From Lama guanicoe (Eukaryota): a stretch of 64,000 nt of DNA. A program made the translations under genes and the position numbers. The notes under the pieces are model-generated. The model saw only the letters and a program-made list of their open reading frames with translations. It was not told the origin of the DNA and did not search any database. The stretch covers positions 792,084 through 856,083 of the forward strand of contig MU056050.1 in assembly GCA_013239625.1 (NCBI GenBank). The letters are read 5' to 3'. Position 1 is the stretch's first letter. Each line of letters begins with the position of its first letter. Shown here one piece after another: positions 50,070-63,422 of this stretch.

Positions 50070-51790
50070 AAAAAATCCCAATTAAGGTTCACATCCTTTG
50101 GGAAGCCTTCCTTGATCACTGTAGACCAAATACATTTTTCTCTTTTCTAAACTCTTAGCAGTTATTTGGCAATTACATATTACCCTGCATGTGAATTCTT
50201 GTCTTAAGTTGCTAATTTACTCTGGTATTATGATTTAAATGTTTGTAAATACATGTATTAATATATCTCTTACCCCCTCCTTGAGGACAGACTTTGTATA
50301 CTTTATTGTAGCTCATAAAACACTTACTGTCATCCTTCGGAGAACCCCTGTAGATGCTTTTTGAAAATGAATGTATTAAGTGATAATTCCATTTTAAATT
50401 ACCAGTGAACCATAAATAATTCCAGGCGGATAAGCATATCTTTTTTTTTTTTAAGACTGTTCCAATGTCAGTTTGGGCATGTTCTTTTGTGATTAATTTG
50501 AATCCTTTTTGTTGCTGTCTAGTGTAACTGTAAAGAGAGGTACTGCTTACTCTTTCTCCCCGCTTCTTAAACACTGCCTATGCTTTTCATCTACTTTATT
50601 CCATCATTGTGGTCATTCCTCCAGTCCCTGTGTTCTCCTGATATTCATCCTCTTGGCAAGCTTATCTACTGTCAGGCTTCAATTATGATCTCCTTGTAGT
50701 TATTTCCCAAATCTACCTTTCCAGTCCTGTCCTGTAGACCTTAGTACAGTGTTGTCGAAATGCGTGGAGTATCACTTGGGTACATTTCAGTCATCTGCAA
50801 ATCAGTATTTTATAAAAGGAATATATTATCTTTTCTACCACCCAATCTTCCTACTCTTGCTAATTTCCTTCTCCATTCTTGCTATTTGTGTATATGCTTC
50901 TATCATCCAAGTCTACTAGGCCTTGGAATCTTGCTTACTCCATTCTTCTTCACCATTCATGTGCCATTTATCACCAAATCCTGTTGAATCTTTCCTTGGA
51001 ATGTCTTTGAGGGTCAATTTCTCCTCTCTGTGGCCTCTATCTAGGCCTAAATATTAGATGACTACTGTAGCTTCCTGATTATTTTCTCTGGCGTTGTTGG
51101 TAAAAATGATAATAATGATTTATTAGTATAAATATCTACTATTTATTATCTAGTATATGCCAGGCATTGTAATAATATACTTTATGAAGGTTATCTCATT
51201 TGATTCTCATAACAAGCAAGTGAAGTATATATTATTATTCACATTTTAGAGATTAGAAAACCTGTGGCTCAGAGAGGTTACATAATGAATCTATGGCCCC
51301 ATAGGTAATAGGTTGAAAAAACTAGGGTTATAACTTTGAAGGCCATGCATCAGCAACAAATACCCAGCATATCACTGGTAGACTAGTGTACCCTTTGCAC
51401 TATGCCACTCATCTGTTCAAGAACACATGGAGATTCCCAGTGTCTACAAGAATGTACTCTTTTATCTAGTTCTAATACCTTTCATGATCTCATACCACCA
51501 TATTTCTCCAGTCTTATTTTTCGTGACGTCCAGTATCTACCCATTTCTCCATCCATGCTGACTTGATCGTTGTTTCCCATTCTCTCCCCAGTGCGTACTT
51601 TTGCTTAGTGATTTCCTCTAGACCTGGGGTATCCTTCCCTCACTTCTTCAAATCCTGCCTATACTTTAAGGTCCAGTTCATACCCTACTTCTCCATGAAG
51701 CCTTCTCAAAATAGCTCAACATACAGAGATCTTGTTTCTTTTCTTAACTGTTCTGCCAGTTATTGTGTGTACATAACACTTAACTCCATG
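50070..51790 (+). mobile_element. L2 fragments (50070-50370; 50560-51090; 51390-51790) with a minus-strand MIR at ~51100-51350
   Basis: GGGAAGCCTTCCTTGA; ATCACCAAATCCTGTTGA; TTCTCCATGAAGCCTTC; MIR core GGCTCAGAGAGGTTA. Confidence 0.7.
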
Positions 51791-53134
51791 CTACACTCTT
51801 GTAATACTCTGTAGTATGACGTGATTGAAGGGAACTTTTCAATTTTAGTAAAATTTTCCTTCGGTACCCTTTGTTTTCCCCTTAATTCCTCACCATTTTC
51901 CTGCACCTGGTATCTTTATTTTCTTCGAATCTCTAAGTCCTTACCCCTACCCCTACTGCTGGCATACTTTGTTCAGACTTCCTTTAGGTTTTCTCAACTG
52001 GAAGTAACCTATCAGTCAAACTTACGTAATGTCTTTTATTCAGACTCAGCTAGATAGTATAAGGATCCTATGTAAAGATATGTGTGATGTTTGTCCATCT
52101 TCCTGAAAGGGTTGCATTTGAGTGGTGAGTGCTTGTGAAACCATGTCTGCTTTGGTTGTTGGAATTTCAGAAAGTTGAGAGTATGGAGTGTGGCTGAGGG
52201 AAATAAAAGGTCTCAGAGAGTGGGGAAGGAACTGTATTGGGGCAGGTAAATATTCCTGAAACCCAGTAAAACATATCATATAGGTCACCTCCAATTCAGC
52301 CAGAGTATAAAGTTATATCTGGCTGCAGTGTCTTCAGGTTTTTCCTCTACAGCAGTAGTTCCTGCCTGTGGCCTGCAGCTGTGAGGTGTTACATAAGCAT
52401 ACTTATTGAGAACTCTCTGGAGATTAAATAAAGAATTTCTCAAAAATGCATACATAGAATTTTTCAGATTCATGAGCAGGCTTTATTTAAAGACAAATAA
52501 ATGTATGTTTTGTTTGTCAAATAAGAGTTTTAGACTAGGTGACAGCTGAGTTTCTTTCTAGCTATAGCACATCCTAGGTTGGTATATACTTGGATACAAT
52601 CCAATGCTTAACTGGTTCCTTGGCACTTCGGAAAGTTTGAGAGAGGCTCTTGTTCGTATGGTTCGGCTCTTCTTAGTATGGTTCTTGGCATCCATTTGAA
52701 CTTGGTTTATTCATTCCCAGAGTGTTATGAATCACAGAAAATTGATGAAAGGTTTTAGAAGTTTTCTGAGTTTTTAACTATACAGCTCTATTGTTTGGAG
52801 TGACCAGTGAAAGGTAAACCACAGATTAACTTGCTGACAGTCAGTGATTTGTAGATTATCTTTGTGAAATAAGGCTTCAACCCCACTTCTGAAGCAGATA
52901 TTCTCGAGAGTTCAAAGTATTACTATTTCTCTGACAATGGGAACCATTCAGTTAGATGAAGAGTAGAAGAAAATGACTTCTCGCAGGTGTGGTTTTATCT
53001 TGCCTAGCCACATCGATACATCAAGTGGTCATCTGTCTCTGACTCATTTTGGTCTGGAAAAAAACTACTTGTTCATCTGACAGTAGGCAGCAGCTCTGAC
53101 TAAGTAGTTTCTTTCCTTTTCTCCCTTACTTTCT

Positions 53135-53335
53135 AATTGCTAGTTACAATCCAGATTCCACATCTTATTATTTATGATCTTCAGCAAGTACTTTTGCTGT
53201 TTGCAATCTCAGTTTCTTCTTCTGTAGAATGAGTCAAGTATTGTTGAAAGGATTAGAAATAATGGCACATTAAACTGCCTAGAGAAGTATCACGTACATG
53301 ATACACATTCTGTAAATGGAGTTGTCACTGTTACT
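53135..53335 (+). mobile_element. MIR SINE
   Basis: TCTCAGTTTCTTCTTCTGTAGAATG...GTTGAAAGGATTA. Confidence 0.6.
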
Positions 53336-55092
53336 TCCTCCATTTTTTTTCTTTTCTCCTTTTAAAAAATTTTACTCCCCTTGCCTCTTATGTCTGTCTT
53401 GAGAAGAGAAATGACCTTTATCAACTTAGAACAGACCTGGCAAGTGGGAGTATCAACCTCCCATCCTGGGTATCTAGTTTTTCCCTGGACTCTTTCCCCC
53501 TGAAATTTGGGATTTGGGGCTTAAAACTGGGGCAGTAACTGTGAGAGCTTGATGGCAAGTAACAGTTCGGGAAGCAGTTAATCCCAGGCCTGCTGCTGCT
53601 TCTCAGTGGCCTCCGTCCAGGGGATCTGGTCTAGGAATTGGATCTCATGTGGGTTGTCACTGCAAAGTTATTTCTGAATTTTCTAGATTTACAAATCATT
53701 TGGTACCCAGCTGTTATGCTGCGTGATTCACGGTTATGGGTGCCTTGCTTCAAACCCTTGTCAGCAGTTTCTTCCCTGTGGTTGCCTAGTGATTCAGTTG
53801 TTTTCGGTGTGGTGTGCCTCTCCTCACATTCGTTTGGACTCTGCCTCCCCCAACTTCTGTCATGGAACAAATGAGTCAGTGTCTAATGGTGCCGGCTTGC
53901 CATCCAATTACTTGAAGTTTCTTCTGGTGGGTGGGCACCAGAGAAGATGCTGCTGGCTCACAGGGGGTGCTGCCTGTCCTACTGCCAAACTGCCCTGAGA
54001 AGGGGGAAACGAATGGCCACATTTCCCAGAATGAATATTTAGGAAGGATTCAGGACAGACAAGGGCAAGGAAAAGGGCATTCTTGTTCAGTAGGTGGCAG
54101 TGTGGTCTGGCTTGAAGAAGCACCACAAATTCTTGCATGTATTTGCAGTGCTTTATCCTGATACCTTTGACAGCTCTGCTTGAGATTTTATTCTGAGTAT
54201 TTTAGTGCCTTTTGTCAAGTGCTTTTTTCTCAAAAAAAAAAAAACCGCTTGATTTCTTTAGAAACTTCTCTTAGTAGTGGGCGGCATATGTTTGTGGCAA
54301 GTACCATGATCTGAAGCTTTTGGGAGCTCAGTGGCTAATTGCTCTTAGTTGGACATATTGCCAGGTAGGCTGGACTTCTGTTTCCTAGCTGTGGTGGTAG
54401 GAGTTCTTTCCTAGTGGATGCGGTGGTTACTGGACTGACATTATCAGTGGGGAGCACCTCTGCAGCCCCTAGATCTGACTGGTTTCTCTGTTGAGGAGGG
54501 AGTCTCCTGAGACCCAGTGTGTCACCTCTGTCAGGGCCCATTCAGCCTTAAGGGAGTAGCACACTTGGGCTGGCGGAGTTGGGACTGCAATAGCACGATG
54601 TCCTCTGTCAAACTGAGCACTGGGACAAACCCTATACTCTGTTTTTGTACTTTGCCTCCCACTGCAAAACCCTTTACCAGAATGGCTTATTTCTCAACAA
54701 AAGTAGAAGTCTTTGAAAAGCTTTGCTTTTAAGTAAGAAGCCTACTCTCCAGCATGAGGCCTGGGCAGGAAGAAGAAAGGATGTCTAACTAGGCCATAGG
54801 CAGTGTCGTCCTTGGGAAGGTTGGTGGCCGTTTGGCTGGGATTGATAAGCCTGAGCAAGGACTTGGATTTACTCATCTCTTTGTTTCAGAATTATACATA
54901 CTGTGACTTGAGGAGGCTGAGTTTTGAGACCTTGGAGTCTTGTTTTCGTACCTCTGTTCCTTGTCTCCCATGCTGCGACCCAGATGTTTGTAGATGTGTA
55001 CACATGATTTCCAGGAAGCCAGGGAGAGATGGTAGATGTTGAGGCTGAACCCCTTTTAGCCTCAGAAAGGAATAAGAGATTCTCAGTGTATA

Positions 55093-55687
55093 CAGTTGAT
55101 TCTTTTTATTCATGGTCATTATGTTCTATCAAGTTGCCACAAATACTGAATTAGGTTAGGTTACCTTCCTATGAGCTGATTTGTCAACTGATCAATACAT
55201 AACCTTGTTTTGTATGTGTTTCTGTTTAAAGACACTTTATTTAATACACGGTTGATTCATTAACATTGAGCTCACAGCCAGTAGCACTCTGTATATAACC
55301 TGGATGAAGCTTATCTAACCTACATATTTTTCCATAAGGTACATTGCAGCCTCTTGCACTTAGAAACACCAGACAGCACTCCAGCACTGTCCTTAGCAGC
55401 CATTTTAACTAGTGAAATCACCAAAAGAAAAATTTAAAAATGTGGCAGTAAACAAACTGTGAAAAGGATACTTGTTTATAGTATGAGACTTGAAACAAGA
55501 AGGCAGAGTGTTTCCTTGTTCCGTCTCAACTGGGAATGTGCATATTTGGGAAATTCAAAATTTTCTCCAGTCTTGCCCGTGAATTACCTTGAAAATGCTA
55601 TTAGTATTGATCTAGGGGTTACAAAAAAAATTTAAGGGAGTAGGCAATTTTGCAAATATGGAATTCATGAATACTGAGGATCAACTG
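55093..55687 (-). mobile_element. MER82 (TcMar-Tigger) element
   Basis: TA|CAGTTGATTCT ... GAGGATCAACTG|TA TIRs and TA TSD; internal ATCAATACATAACCTTGTTT, GATGAAGCTTATCTAAC, GAAACAAGAAGGCAGAG. Confidence 0.85.
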
Positions 55688-56299
55688 TACCTATGTGATG
55701 ATAGGTCCACAGTATTATCTATGTTTTAACTGTTAGAATTCTTAGTCTCTTATACACATTCCTCCATTATTATAAATCAGGCTAATATGAATTGGGCAGT
55801 GGTCGGTTCATCAGATCATAAGGACTCAGTTCTAAGCAACTGACTAGGGTGAGCAGGCTTGCTCAACTAGCATTGATTTGTTGGTTTTTCATCTGTATTA
55901 GTTAGCAGTTTATTGGTCAGCAATTCTATGGACTTGTTAGGTGGGCTTAAAGATAGAGTAGGAGTTGAAAAAGTCAAATCACATTCTGAAACTCAAGCAA
56001 GGTACCACTTTACATAAATATACTTCAGTTTCGGTATTTAAGGTCAAAGCTGTAGTTTAAATTCAAAAGGTAAGGATGATGCCCTCAACCTAGATGGTCA
56101 ACCTGATGACCTCTAATAAGTCAGCAAACCTTTCTGTTCTACTCTTTGTCTGTACAAGGAAAACTAAAACACAAAACTGTCTTATCTTTTGATTATCAAT
56201 GAAAGAAAATACTTCCACAAGCAAGAAGTTTATGACTTCTCAAGATAACCCCATTTTCCTGCTGGACCATAATAACCCTTTGAAATATCTGTATTATTT

Positions 56300-57060
56300 T
56301 TAGTTAGTATCTGACACCCTCCAGCTTCTGCCTCTAGAGCCAGATAGAGTATTAGAGTAATATGTCTTCTACATGGTTACCCTTTATACATCTTAAGACA
56401 GCAGTGAAGTCTTTCATTCATCTTTTCCTCCATTAATTTATTCATCCATTTATTCAACAAATATTTATTGAGAACCTACTATATTGACAGGTGGTGTTGT
56501 ACAAAATGGGGATATATGGGTGATTAAAAGATACATAATCCTCAAGTTCATTGATCTTGTCCACCTGAGTCTTTTCTTCTTAATTCTGAATATCTTTAGT
56601 TTCTTGAACTTTTTCACACATGGCATAGTTTGGAGTCCCCTCACAGCCTTGGTCAGCTTCCTCTAGATGTGTTATCAGTTTCTCTCTAGGAGTGTGAGTC
56701 CCGAATTAGGAGTGATCTGACAAATGATTGACATATCTGGGTTCAAATAGCAGCTCTGGGTCTTACTGTGTTGTACTGAGCAAGGTAGTCACCTCTCTGG
56801 GCTTCCATTTCCTCTTCTATAGAATGGGAAGAATAATAGTAATTGCTGAACTGTTGTGAGGATTAAACAGGATAATATACATAAAAACACTTAGCGTAGT
56901 ACCTGGCATGTAAGCACGTAATAAAGAGTGAAACATTATTTCATTCATGTTTGTTAAACAGCCTAGGGTGGCATTAGCATATTTGCCAGATACATTCCAC
57001 TGTTACTGCCTCCTGAGGTTGCAATCACCCTAAACCCTCAAGTCATTTTCTGTCTTCCTG
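56300..57060 (-). mobile_element. L3/CR1 LINE fragments interrupted by an L2 3' end (~56430-56555, minus) and a MIR (~56730-56945, plus)
   Basis: CR1-like CCCCTCACAGCCTTGGTCAGCTTCCTCTAG and ACAGCCTAGGGTGGCATTAGC; L2 ATTCAACAAATATTTATTGAG; MIR GTTGTGAGGATTAAA. Confidence 0.6.
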
Positions 57061-57884
57061 GGAAATTACTTCTTCTGTCTTCGAGAGCTGTGCTCAGATG
57101 TCAATCCTCTATCAACCTCGCTGAGACACATTTTGACCAACTCTGTCTGTTTGACTGGCTTGTGTGTCATCTTACTGAGAGATGGATGTAATTTCAGTGC
57201 CAGGTTCTATGTCCTTGACTTGACTTTTCTTTATCTCTAGGTTTGCAATGAATATGGAAATGTGGTTTGTGGCCTCCCTCAGCTTTAGAATTTTTTCTAT
57301 AGATGAACAGATTATAAATATAACACTTGAAGCAATTGGGGAAAATGTTGCCCCTTCTATTTGTGCCTTGCTTTATTACATTTAGTCAGTCTTTGATGAA
57401 TATGAATATGCCTTTATGAGATGATTGTTGAACGAAATTAATTCCATTTCTTAATGCAATGCATGTAATGATGGCTTGGCTGCCTTTGCCTGCTTCATCA
57501 TTTTGTTTTTTTGACTTTACCTGGACTGCTATTTCTGATTTTATTTCTTGGATGCACACAAAACACATGTATAATTTTTTTCCCTCCCCTCACTGTTCTC
57601 CAGAAATCTTTGGCAGTCATTCAGAGGGCAAGAAATCATGAGTGGGAATGGAGGTGAAGAGAGGATTTGAGCTGAGGCTTGTATAGATTACACAAGTGAA
57701 TATAAACCTATGGACAAGGCTTTCCATCAGTGTTTCTGGGCCAGGCATAACTCAGGAGCCTAGGAAGCAGGGATCTGGGTAGTTAGAAACTGAGGGCACT
57801 GGTGTGAGGGAAAGCAGTACAGCAGAGGAGATAGTGGAGATTAGAAAGGAAACCCTGAAATAAAGCTCATTTGATGGCTTGAGG

Positions 57885-58465
57885 CCTGTCCAATCTTAGA
57901 CCTGGGCAAGGAATGCCACTGCCCTGGGCTCCATGCTCTAAAAGCACCCCACTCTGACCTTCCTTTGGCTTCCCCTCTCCACAGAGAGAGGACTTAGTGC
58001 TGCCAGCGTGTGCACCCTCAGGCCCGAGGGAAACTCTGTGGAAGGGAGTACGGTCTAGGGTTGCCAGATAAAAATATATGCCATCCTGTATTTCTATCTG
58101 CTGAATCTGGCAACCTAGTATAGTCAGAACTTAGACTTTGGGGCTGGATTGTCCACATGCATGTGTGTAAGGCCCTTCACCCTCTAGGACAGAACCTGGG
58201 AAGAGAAGGGAGCAGGCCAGGTACCTGAGGCCACCTCTCTCTACACTGACATATTCTAGTGCAGAACTCTGGGAAATGTGAGAATTCAAAATTTGAACCC
58301 AACCTTCAAAGTTATGATTTATATTTTTCAAGGTAGGAGGAGAGAACATATTTTATTTGACTATTTTTAAATTTTGATTTATATTTTTAAAATATGTAGA
58401 CATCTGGTGTGTGGGCCTCCATTTGTGCTCTTGTCTCAGCCTCCACAAATACTAGTGGAGGGCCT
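57885..58465 (+). mobile_element. MER115-like hAT-Tip100 element
   Basis: GTGTGCACCCTCAGGCCCGAGGG; CAAGGTAGGAGGAGAGAACATATTTTATTT; GTGGGCCTCCATTTGTGCTCTTG. Confidence 0.8.
58056..58117. mobile_element. 62-bp hAT-Blackjack-type mini-MITE nested in MER115
   Basis: TIRs TAGGGTTGCCAGAT / ATCTGGCAACCTA; 8-bp TSD GTACGGTC / GTATAGTC. Confidence 0.75.
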
Positions 58466-58467
58466 TT

Positions 58468-58870
58468 AATAATGGCAACAGATTACCAAATGAAGTTCTG
58501 TGCCATATGCTTTAGATCTAAAACTTAATTTACTCCTCATAACAGCTCTATGAGTTTGGTACAGTAAGTGTTCCCATTTAACAGAGAAGGAAACTGAGGT
58601 TCAACCAATTGAGATAGATTGTCAAGGTCAAAGAAAGAGTGAATGGCAGAACTGAGATTAGACCTCAAACCTTAGTCTATCTGAATGCATTTAATGAGCT
58701 TTGAATCTAGACTGCTCGAGTTGGAATCCTGCCTTTGTTACTTGCTAGCACTTTGATCCTCTCAGTTTTAGTGCCTCCGTTTCTTGAGCTGCAAAATGTA
58801 GGAAAGTATGTGATAATAACAAGCCAGGGATCGTTGAGGGGGGCATCTCTGAAAGCTGCCTACACAAGCA
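58468..58870. mobile_element. Two MIRs (minus 58468-58690; plus ~58700-58870)
   Basis: CCCATTTAACAGAGAAGGAAACTGAGG; GTGCCTCCGTTTCTT...TGCAAAATG. Confidence 0.7.
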
Positions 58871-59271
58871 TTATGCCAGAGAGTATGGGGCCCCATGGGA
58901 TAAACATGATGCGGTTTCTTGGGCAGGCAGTTTTACTATGTGGCAAATGCAACTTAATGTCAAAATGCAGCTACACTATGTAATAGAAGGCAAAATTCAC
59001 ACAGACTAAAAAGAAATAAAAACATGAAATTGTGAAGATGTCATGTTTGTGGTCGCTGCTTTGACTCTGCCTTCTGGACGCATTGGTTCTGTGCAGTGAT
59101 TCTCAGATCACAGGGAAAAAAAAAAGATTCATTTGAGAAGGCTTGTTGTTAAGGTGTATGCGTTCGCTCTATGTCCCCCAGCAATTCTGCTCCTTATGAA
59201 ATAAGCTGAGCTGGTCATCTCTGTTGCCTCACCTCTGTAAAATCTGAAGGAGGTTGAGGAAATACAGTGTC

Positions 59272-59370
59272 CAGTGCAATGGTCTTTCACCTTGGCTGCA
59301 TATTAGAATCATCTTGGGAAGTTCTGGAGGGGAAAATGATGAGATCTGAGCCTCATCTTCAGAAATTGTT
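59272..59370. mobile_element. MER5A1-like partial
   Basis: CAATGGTCTTTCACCTTGGCTGCATATTAGAATCATCT. Confidence 0.6.
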
Positions 59371-59474
59371 GTTAACAAATAATGTCCAGGATCAGTTCTA
59401 TCACATGTTAACTGTCTGTTTATTTGAATGATGGAGCGGTTGATCTGCTTGTGCTCTTGGTGCCTTTCACCGTT

Positions 59475-59990
59475 GATAATAATGATAGTTAATATTTCAC
59501 GTACTTGTGATACACCCGGTGGGTGCTCTACTAGGAGCTTTATATGTAGAACCTTCCTTAATCTTCACAAAACTGTCATTATCTCCACTCTACAGACAAG
59601 GATCTGGAAGCTGTGCTAAGTAAACTGTTCAGGGTTACAAAGCTCACAAGCAGTAGATAATTGTAGCAAATACTTAATAATGTTCACTGTGTGACATTCG
59701 TTCTCCCCAAGCATGATTTACAGAATTATTTAATCTTCACAACAGCCCAATGAGAGTACTATTATTATTGATGTTTGACAGGTGAAGAAACTAAGGCACA
59801 GGAAGATTAAGTGATTTGTGTCCATGATCAGACAGCTAGAATATAGCAGAACCAATATTTAAACATAGGGTATCACAGGGTAGTTTTAGAATCCCGCCTT
59901 CTAATCACCTGCTTGCTGCATCTCGTATAATAGTCAAACCCAAGCAACCTGAATCAAGAGTCCAAACCAAACAGCCATGCTGTGCTGTCT
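59475..59990 (-). mobile_element. MIR with a second MIR (~59658-59915) nested inside
   Basis: First MIR breaks after CAGGGTTACAAAGC; second has GACAGGTGAAGAAACTAAGGCACAG; first resumes at TCAAACCCAAGCAACCTGAATCAAGAGTCC. Confidence 0.6.
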
Positions 59991-60404
59991 CAGAACACTG
60001 GTAGCTAGTATTTACTGAGCTATTTTGGCATCATGGACACAAAATAAGGCCTTCATTTCTATTATCTTACTTAATCTTTATGCTAGTTCTGCTATATTGG
60101 GACACAATAGAAGCAGGCAGTAAAGCCTACCAACCATATGTGGCAGGTTCCAAAGGCCAGCGTGTCACCCACTCACCCCTCAAATAATCTACCTCCAGAG
60201 ATTGAGTTCCTGGTCTCCCTCTCTACTCATTAACTATGAAACCTTAGGCAGTTTACACAGCACTTTACACATTTGGAAAGAGTTATCATTCTTTCCAAGT
60301 CCCCTTTTTTCCCTCCAGGCTACTCATTCTCAATCATTTCAGCTCTGCCTCTTATGATTTGGTTCCAACACTCTTCCCCATCCTGGTTTCTCTTGTTAGT
60401 TTCA

Positions 60405-60620
60405 TACTTCTCTTTGGAGATGGATGCTATTTACATTTTAGACAAGAAACTTCTGCATACATGTAGGATCTTCTTGCACATTTGCAAGGATTTTCTCATC
60501 TCTGGCCCCTACCCAATGGATGCTAGTAGGTCTCCTCATTTATTGTGACAACCTCAAATACCCCCAACACATTTCTATATGCTCCCTTCGGGCACTACTG
60601 CCTCTAGATGAGAATAATCA
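60405..60620. mobile_element. MER20 hAT-Charlie MITE
   Basis: CATCTCTGGCCCCTACCCAATGGATGCTAGTAG...TTGTGACAACC. Confidence 0.75.
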
Positions 60621-60669
60621 TAACCGAAAGCATAGAATCCTATGAAGAAGAACCGCTTTTTTTTTTTTT

Positions 60670-61270
60670 AGATCAGTCGCCTAACGCAGCATATTCGTTG
60701 GCTTTGCAATGACTGATACTGCATTTCTCTTAAAGCAGTTGTATTGGCAATTTTGAGGGGCCACAGCACAGTATTGACTCAACTGAATTTGTTGTTAGTA
60801 GAAGCTTCTAAAACATCTTCATGTGTCAGATCTCCCTGTTTTGTACCTACACATTTGATTTTGGGGACACAACTGTGGTACTTTATTCCTATTCTGTTTT
60901 GACTCCTTATGTTTTGATTCTGTCAACCAGTGTATTTGTTATTCTTTCAAACCACTTGTCACCTGGAATTTTGACCAACAGGCTCTCTATATCTTCATTC
61001 CAGTTACTGATAACCATGTTTTACAGGATTGGGTGAAGGGCAGGAGGCCCGTGTGTCATTGTAGACCACCTCTCCAGTTGACAATGAGTCAGCATCAGTC
61101 AGTTAAGGTCTCACCTCATTGTATTGTTATCTAGACCATGTGCATTGCTTTCCTTTTTTTTTTTAATTTTTATTTTTTGCCCATAAGGATGTCATGAAAT
61201 TTCGTTTTTTTTTAAAGAAAAAATTCCTTAATGCAATCAAGAGTCACTCTGGCAACAGATTGCTTTGATC
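60670..61270 (-). mobile_element. L3/CR1 LINE RT-region remnant
   Basis: GATTCTGTCAACCAG, ATCTTCATTCCAGTTACTGATAACCATGTT, CCAGTTGACA, CATAAGGATGTCATGA follow CR1 antisense order. Confidence 0.65.
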
Positions 61271-63245
61271 TACTGCGTCAAAGTACTTTGCATATAGCTA
61301 TCAACTATGAGGGTCATTATTTTATAGACCAGTTCTATTAGCAATTAGAAATTACATGGAAATAAGAAATTTGATCTGTGATTTAGGGTTTAGCGATTTT
61401 ATTGCTTTCAACATTCACGAGTAATATCAAGATGAACTCTACATGCGAGGTCTGTACTTGGAATCAGTCCTAGTTTTGGATTGATTGTCTGAATTCAGGG
61501 CCCAAGGGAAGGGTTGTAATTCCCTCCACCCCAAATTACTCACTAAATCCAGAAATCCTTTGAATAGGAGAGGACAAAGCCTGTCATTCCACAGTGAGAA
61601 AGAGGACTTGAAATTTACCCAACACTAGGAAAAGAACACAGTGTCCTACACAGATGGAGGTATTAATGACATTGCAGCTTCTTTTATGAGAGCAGAATTT
61701 GATAAAAGGAGGGGAGAAAGGATGAAGACACTGGTTACCTGTTTAGGGACAAAATTGATTTTAGAGGGTAGGCAAGTAGGAAGAACAAAAGTATGGAAAG
61801 GAGAGACTGAGACCATAGAACATTTCTCTAGCAGTCAGACATTGGATCAACTCTGTCCTCTACCAAATGTCTACAGAGGCTGAAATTTCTACCAGTTAGA
61901 ATTACTTTTTGAAGGTGTTTTCAAAATGTTTATTTTCAGTGGTTAGATGTCGGTTTATCTGATTCTGACCTGCAGTCACGAAGCAGAGAGCAGGTGTTGA
62001 AGCCAGAGGGCTTCCTGAAAAGCCAGGGAACAGGCAGCAGGAGGGCAATAAATACTTAAGGTGGGGATGGGAGCCCAAAGGGGTTACAGGGATACAGTTA
62101 GAGGAGCAACTGTGTTGCTGAACACCCCCATTCATCTCATTAGCAATTTCACGCTTTTGCCCAGAGCATGACTGTCCATATGGCCTGAACCTGCACCTCC
62201 CCCATCCCATTTGGACACAGATCTAGGCCTGGGAGTCCTCCCTACCCTCCTCAGGTACAGCTGTGCCTCCAGTTTTTCGTCTAGTTTGTGTTTTTGCTTT
62301 TGCAGGCTTCTTTACAATGCTTTTTAGGTGATGTGGTTTTTGCATACTTCTCTCTAAAGACTGGACATTGATGAATGTGGCTGTACTTCCTATGGTACAT
62401 GCAGCATTAAATAATCTGCCCATGTGTCTTTTTTCCTTTTTTCTTTTCTTGCTGAGGTCTGAAACTGAAGTTGTCAGCTGGCTGAGTGGCAAAGAGGAAT
62501 CTTCTGTCCTGGAGTAATGCTTAAGGGCACATGATTAGGCTCACATCTCCTCAGCCCTCAGCCCTCCTCTTCCTTGCTTTTAGCCCTTGGCTTCTTCAGC
62601 TGCCCTGCCTTCTGGGACTGAACTATGGATTCTAGCTAAAGGAGTGACAGATAAGCCTCCAAGAGGAGAAGTGAAATGAGTGGTGAGCCTGTTCTGGAAC
62701 CAGGTCTCCTGACCCTAGTCTGTGGCTGTTTGTGTGGCACCATTCTGCTGGAAATATCCATTTGCATGTTTCTGATGATGCCAGGGTTGTCTTCTATATT
62801 TTTTGTCTGGTGGCACTGTCATCCTCAGTATGTAGCCCACGACCAAGAGAGATGGCAGCAGAGGTGATGGCAAGGGTGATGTTTTGATGGGATAGCTGTA
62901 CTCCCCTGACTCTTATTTTTTCTCTTACGAGGCATTTATGCTGCAAAGGAAGTCAGTGATTTCAGTTCTCTACCACTTGTTCCCGTTTCTCTCTTAATCT
63001 GGCTTCATCATAACTGTCCTTATGTGATGGCCGTATAATACAGCCTCAGGCAACCCCTGGGCTGACAAAGGTCCCCCTACTGCTGTCCTCCTACCCCAGC
63101 GGCACCTCAAGTTACAGTCATACTCTTCCCCCCATCTCAAGCAAAATACTGCACAAGTAAGTCCACCCTCTTTGTTAAAAAGCCATTAGGAGCTTATGGG
63201 TCAATATGTTTATATTATGTAATGTTTATAATGGGCTGCTGTAAG

Positions 63246-63422
63246 CAGTAGCTTAACTGAAGGCATCGGAACCATTCAGAGTACTTGATAACAATATGTG
63301 CACTACTCGGACCTACTGCAGATTTTCTACATGAGGCGCTTAGGGAGTTACGACCTGAGAATCCACATTTTAATAAAATTCTTAGGTGATTCTGAAATAT
63401 ACTAACAGTTGAGAATTACTAC
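63246..63422. mobile_element. MER5A-type MITE
   Basis: GGACCTACTGCAG...GAGAATCCACATTTTAATAAAATTCTTAGGTGATTCT...GTTGAGAATTACT. Confidence 0.7.

Noticed and set aside
52295..52325. Hairpin CAGCCAGA...TCTGGCTG as a miRNA precursor
   Set aside because: The stem is far too short for a pre-miRNA and does not extend into the flanks
54803..55042. Cys-rich ORF after a TTTGTTTCAG acceptor
   Set aside because: Weak donor, unrecognised peptide and composition consistent with chance
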